Part shown: one piece after another, positions 59,760 through 64,000 of the stretch | Numbering within the stretch: position 1 is the stretch's first letter | Layout of the letters: each line of letters opens with the position of its first letter | From: Azolla caroliniana | Lineage: Eukaryota > Plantae > Polypodiophyta | DNA length: 64,000 bases | Direction: 5' to 3' | Assembly (NCBI GenBank): GCA_043228905.1 | Contig: JBHGNT010000003.1 | Location: forward strand, 9,300,001-9,364,000 | The notes under the pieces: model-generated | Seen by the model: the letters and a program-made list of their open reading frames with translations, nothing else | Told to the model about the DNA's origin: nothing | The model's database searches: none | Program-made: the position numbers and the translations under genes

Positions 59760-62700
59760 TCTCGTGGAGAAAACCGTCCCTATGCGGAAACCGGGTATAA
59801 CGTGCATAAACTGGCCCTTACACGTGGGCACAAGTTTTGTTGTACAGTACGTAGATAGGTACAAGTCGGCTGAGGTGAAATCTTAAGTAGCACGCATTCA
59901 GTAGGGAGAAGATCGAGGCATATCCCTGTCCGAAAGGACAGGGAATAAACATGATGTAACGGGTGGTAATGACCTCCCTCCTTGGGCTATAAAAAAGAGG
60001 GAGAGGTGTTCACCAAATATATCGCATTTTGGGGAGCGAGGAGGAAGTGTTGTCGGACCGGGACTGAGCTCTCTCCTCCATCGTTTGTCGTTCTCTGCAG
60101 GGTTTTGGACTGAGTTGCCTCTGCTTCGTGGATAGCCCATGTGCTTCAAGAAGAGGCTCCACAGTGCAGTCGGGTTGTGTGCGTGCGTGAGCATCGTGTG
60201 TGTGCGTATTCACCTGAGTTGGATCCGTTGCCGGCTTGCTGGTTGTAATCGTCATTGATTTGTAATTAAGACTCTTTTCTCTGCCTCTTTCTCCCTCTAC
60301 GTTTCTACAAGCTGCTCTCTCTCTCTTCTTTCTCACGCTCCTTGGTTAAAGGCCCCTGCAGTCCTGCCTCTTTTTGCACGCGAAGAGCGTAACAATTCGA
60401 CATATTTGGTGAACCGGACGTGAAAAGGCGGCAAAGGAGTGAAGGATGAGGGGATTCGAGCTTGCTGAAGCTATGGCCGTAGTGAGCACTCATGAGGGAA
60501 CGGGTGCCCTCGACAGGGTCATTGAGTCGATCGTCGGCACCTTAGGTCGATTCGGTGGGAAGAATGCCACGAGCTACTTGGAGGCCTACCGGGCCGAAAT
60601 GATCATGATGGATATCTCGGTGGACAGGCGGTTGTCTGGATTCCCTCGGGTAGTGACGCCGAGTATCCACGTAGAGGTGCTCGAGGTGCTGGCTGGATGC
60701 CAGACTTGGGAGGAGTTCGTGTTGCGGCTCCTCGAGATGTATGGGTTTGATGACCCGCTTCGGATGTCGAAGCGAGACTTCATAGCGTGGGTTGAGAGCC
60801 CTGGAAAGGGGAGGAAAATGTTGGCGCTCCTCCAGGAGTTCGAGAAACAGTTCGCACGGTTGTCAATGTTGGACCGGACCGTGCTCGACACAAGCTGGGT
60901 ACTACTATTCGTCAAGTCGGTGGACGCCATGGACCGGGAGAAGGTGGGTCTCCTATTGGAAACGGATGAAGGGCTCACGGCAGACTGGGCCATGGTAAGG
61001 AGGATCTGCGGTCATTTCCACAAGCGGTGCGAGTGGAACGACGAGGACTCGTCGGCGGCAAGGCCGGTCCCGGCAAGGGAGCTCGAGGAGCCGGTGTCGA
61101 TACCGGCTAGGAAGGAAGAAACTCGGAGTTGGCTTGAGACGGGCTCAACCCCGAGCGGAGTGGTCAAAGGTCCCTCTCGGGGCACGGCTCTAGAAGAGTT
61201 GTCGCAGATGATGCGAGATCTCCAAATCGCACAGGCCCGGAGGGACAACAGCGAATAGTCTCGTAACCAAAGGCCGCCGGTGGGGCAGTGGTGCATGTGG
61301 TGCGACACGGTCAACCACATATGGAAAGAATGCGCGGATTTCACAGAGGCACTCAGGACCAACGTGATTTACCTCTGGAACGGGCGGGTGCACGCGAGCG
61401 AGACCCGGAAAGCCCTAGAGTTGAATTCAGGGCGCGGCGGAATAAAGCAGTTGATGGAAGAGGCCGTGGCACGACATGCAGAGGCCGTTAACTACTCGGT
61501 GTCAGCGGGAATCCGGGTTGGGGGTGATGAGGCCCGGAAAGCAAAGGACACCGGATTCTGGCCGCTGGTGCTAGAGGGTCTCCCCGGAGTACGACTGAAG
61601 AAGGAAGAGGTAGACCACGCGGAACAATGAATCCAGGAGATCACCGAATGGGACGACCCAATTGAAGAGAAGACTGGCTTTGTGGCAGCCGCATGCCGGA
61701 ACTACGAGGTTCTGGTAGAAGACAAGCGCGCGGGAAAGGCCGGAGGGGTAGGCCCCTCGCAGCGGTACGAGACCCGGTTTGGACCGAAGCCGAATGAGAC
61801 CGTCAACGCCGGCGCACCGGAGAAGAAGAAGCAGGCGGGTTTCCGGCTGAGCATCGAAATTGAATGAACAACGGACCTGCGGAATGTCCTGGAAGAGAGA
61901 ATTCTTGACAACAAGGTTGAGTTGTCATTATGGGAGGTGCTGGGAATCGCCAAGAAGGAGTTCCACGACTCCATCGTGGACTTGGTGAAGCGGAAGAGGC
62001 TCTCGACGGAGCCGGAACCGGAGAGGCCGATGGAAGTGCGGACGATGCACTTAGAAGACATGGCCCTAGAGGATGAGTTGGCGGAAAGCCACTACGCGAA
62101 GCCGCATTGGGCTAGGGCCACTACGGAAACCCCTGTTCGGATCGGCGACGTCCAGGAGCCGGTGGTGGCATTGGTAGACCACGGTTCGGACATCAACCAT
62201 GGATTTCTATAAAAAGGGGAAATGGCCAATCAACACCAAGCACGGGTGGAAGATACGCGGGGCGACGCGCGCTACAGAGGAGCTACATGGGGCGTGCTCA
62301 AACGTACGCGTGAAGATCGGCGATGTCGAGATAGATTAGCATTTCTTCGTGCAGGAGACTTCCTCGCACTCGGTAATTCTCGACGAATCGTACATTACGG
62401 CAGCATGCATGGAGACGAAAGTACTGAACAATGGTTCGGCATATGCGCGTGTCAAGAGCGAAGACGGTCGGCATTCCGTATAATTCATGACAGTGCGAAC
62501 CAACCACGAGCGAAATCGTGAGAGCCTCGGCGCCGGCAGCCAAGGGGATTTTTAGAAAGGGCTATCAAGGCGTGGGGCCGCGATAGTCCGGACACCCAGG
62601 AAGAACCCCACACTTGTACCATAGGTAGAAACTTTTGGTTCTCCGATAGCGGTGGTTGTACGATAGTCGGCGTAGTTGGTCGAGAAAAGAAGCGGGCGGA

Positions 62701-63141
62701 GGAGAGGCTTCGGGCATGCAGAGTCCTCGGCCCTGAAGAGGAAATCAATGGAGCCGTGGAGGCGGTCTCTTTCGACGACACCTTGGGGAAGTTATGGGAG
62801 GTGTTCGGAGAAGGCGTTAATGAGGACCGGACGATTCCGGTATGTTTGGAAAAGATGTACGAAGTCATTGCCGACTTCGGTAGTGGACTCAAGTCAGATC
62901 GGACGGCCCGAGTGAATACGAAGTACAAGACTATGGACTGGAAGGTGAGGCCCGTCACGGGACCCTTGCCGGAGGACAACGAGTTACGGATAAAGGGGGT
63001 CGTGTCGGACCCAAGTTTACGAGATCCGGCCAGCATGGGACAAGCGTTCACCGACATAACGCTACGGGAGCTCAAGATCGGTGGGGGTGGTTTTCTACTA
63101 CCGGCAGAAGAGGACCGGTTTCGGAGAATGCTCGGGAGGCA
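59760..63141 (+). mobile_element. Gypsy of the tRNA-Trp family: LTR 59760-60402, PBS 60407-60423, degenerate gag-PR and start of pol, truncated at ~63141
   Basis: LTR ends resemble the reverse complement of 46694-47283. PBS TGGTGAACCGGACGTGA; knuckle CMWCDTVNHIWKEC; protease LVDHGSDIN. Strongly similar to 57250-59759 in opposite orientation. Confidence 0.88.
62546..62589 (+). promoter_or_regulatory. Putative -1 ribosomal frameshift signal (slippery GGATTTT plus 8-bp stem)
   Basis: GGG GAT TTT TAG, then GGGCTATC (62559-62566) pairing with GATAGTCC (62582-62589). The -1 frame is open into the 62756 ORF. Confidence 0.75.
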
Positions 63142-64000
63142 CCAGTTTTTTCATATAATAACAATAATGAGCTTGAGTTCATATAAAAACCAGTTTTTTC
63201 ATCACAATTCAATACAATGTATCGAGTTCATGTTTAAAGTATATTTTTCTAGTTTTTTCTAATTTATTTTCAATTTTTTTCCATTCTATTTATGGGAAAA
63301 AAATAATTTTAAACATGAATTCGATACATTGTATCGACTTGTGATGAAAACTCTGATTTTTTCATCATTTATTACAGCTCAAAAAAAAAAAAAAAAAAAA
63401 ACAACAAAAAACCAAAATAAATAGAAAAAACAAGCAAATTTTTAAAAAAACTCAAATAATAAGCTTTAAACAAGATACCTTTTCAACATGAACTCGATAC
63501 ATTGTATCAAGTTCATGTAGAAAAGTCAACTTTTTAACACAAACTCATACATTGTATTGAGTTCGTGTTGAAAAATAGAGTTTTCAACGCGAACTCGATA
63601 TAGTGTATAGAGTTCGTGTTGAAACATTTTCAACATGAACTCGATAGATTGTATCGAGTGTGTGTCAAACTGTTGACCTTTCTACACAAACTCGATACAT
63701 TGTATCCAATTCGTGTTAAAAAGTGGACTTTTCTACACAAACTTGATACATTGTATCAAGTTCGTGTTAAAAAGTGGACTTTTCTACACGAACTCGATAG
63801 TTCGTGTTGAAAAACAGAGTTTTCAACATGAACTTGATACATTGTATCGAGTTCATGTTTAAAATTATTTTTTTCCGTAAATAAAATGGAAAAAAATTGA
63901 AAAAAAATTAGAAAAATATACTTTAAACATGAACTCGATTCATTGTATCGAATTGTGATGAAAAATCTGGTTTTTATATGAACTCAAGCTCAACTTATTA
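63142..64000. repeat. AT-rich foldback region with tandem palindromes
   Basis: 63160-63300 is inverted relative to 63870-64000; repeated GAACTCGATACATTGTATCGAGTTC palindromes lie between. Confidence 0.85.

Overview
Repeat-saturated land-plant nuclear DNA; the PLS-type PPR style and TE content look fern-like (inference). There is no intact host protein gene. The window has three layers. (1) Deeply nested LTR retrotransposons: a chromovirus Gypsy, two full-length Copia elements with TSDs, two solo LTRs, and a tRNA-Trp-primed Gypsy family in 2-3 copies with a conserved -1 frameshift signal. (2) A ~22 kb minus-strand tandem array of roughly 80 tRNA-Pro genes and pseudogenes (24.0-46.4 kb), interrupted by two LINE 3' fragments, an LTR element and a PPR pseudogene. 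(3) The main find: a cut-and-paste DNA transposon family with 5'-AACAC...GTGTT-3' termini and 4-bp TSDs (Sola-like). The 7.0 kb copy (48085-55106) carries a transposase with a C-terminal reader-like domain and a divergent, intron-containing beta-class N4/N6 amino DNA-methyltransferase-like gene. A second, diverged copy (8827-22995) keeps remnants of both genes in the same layout. All coding sequences here are disrupted. Copy counts were made by eye and no database searches were run.
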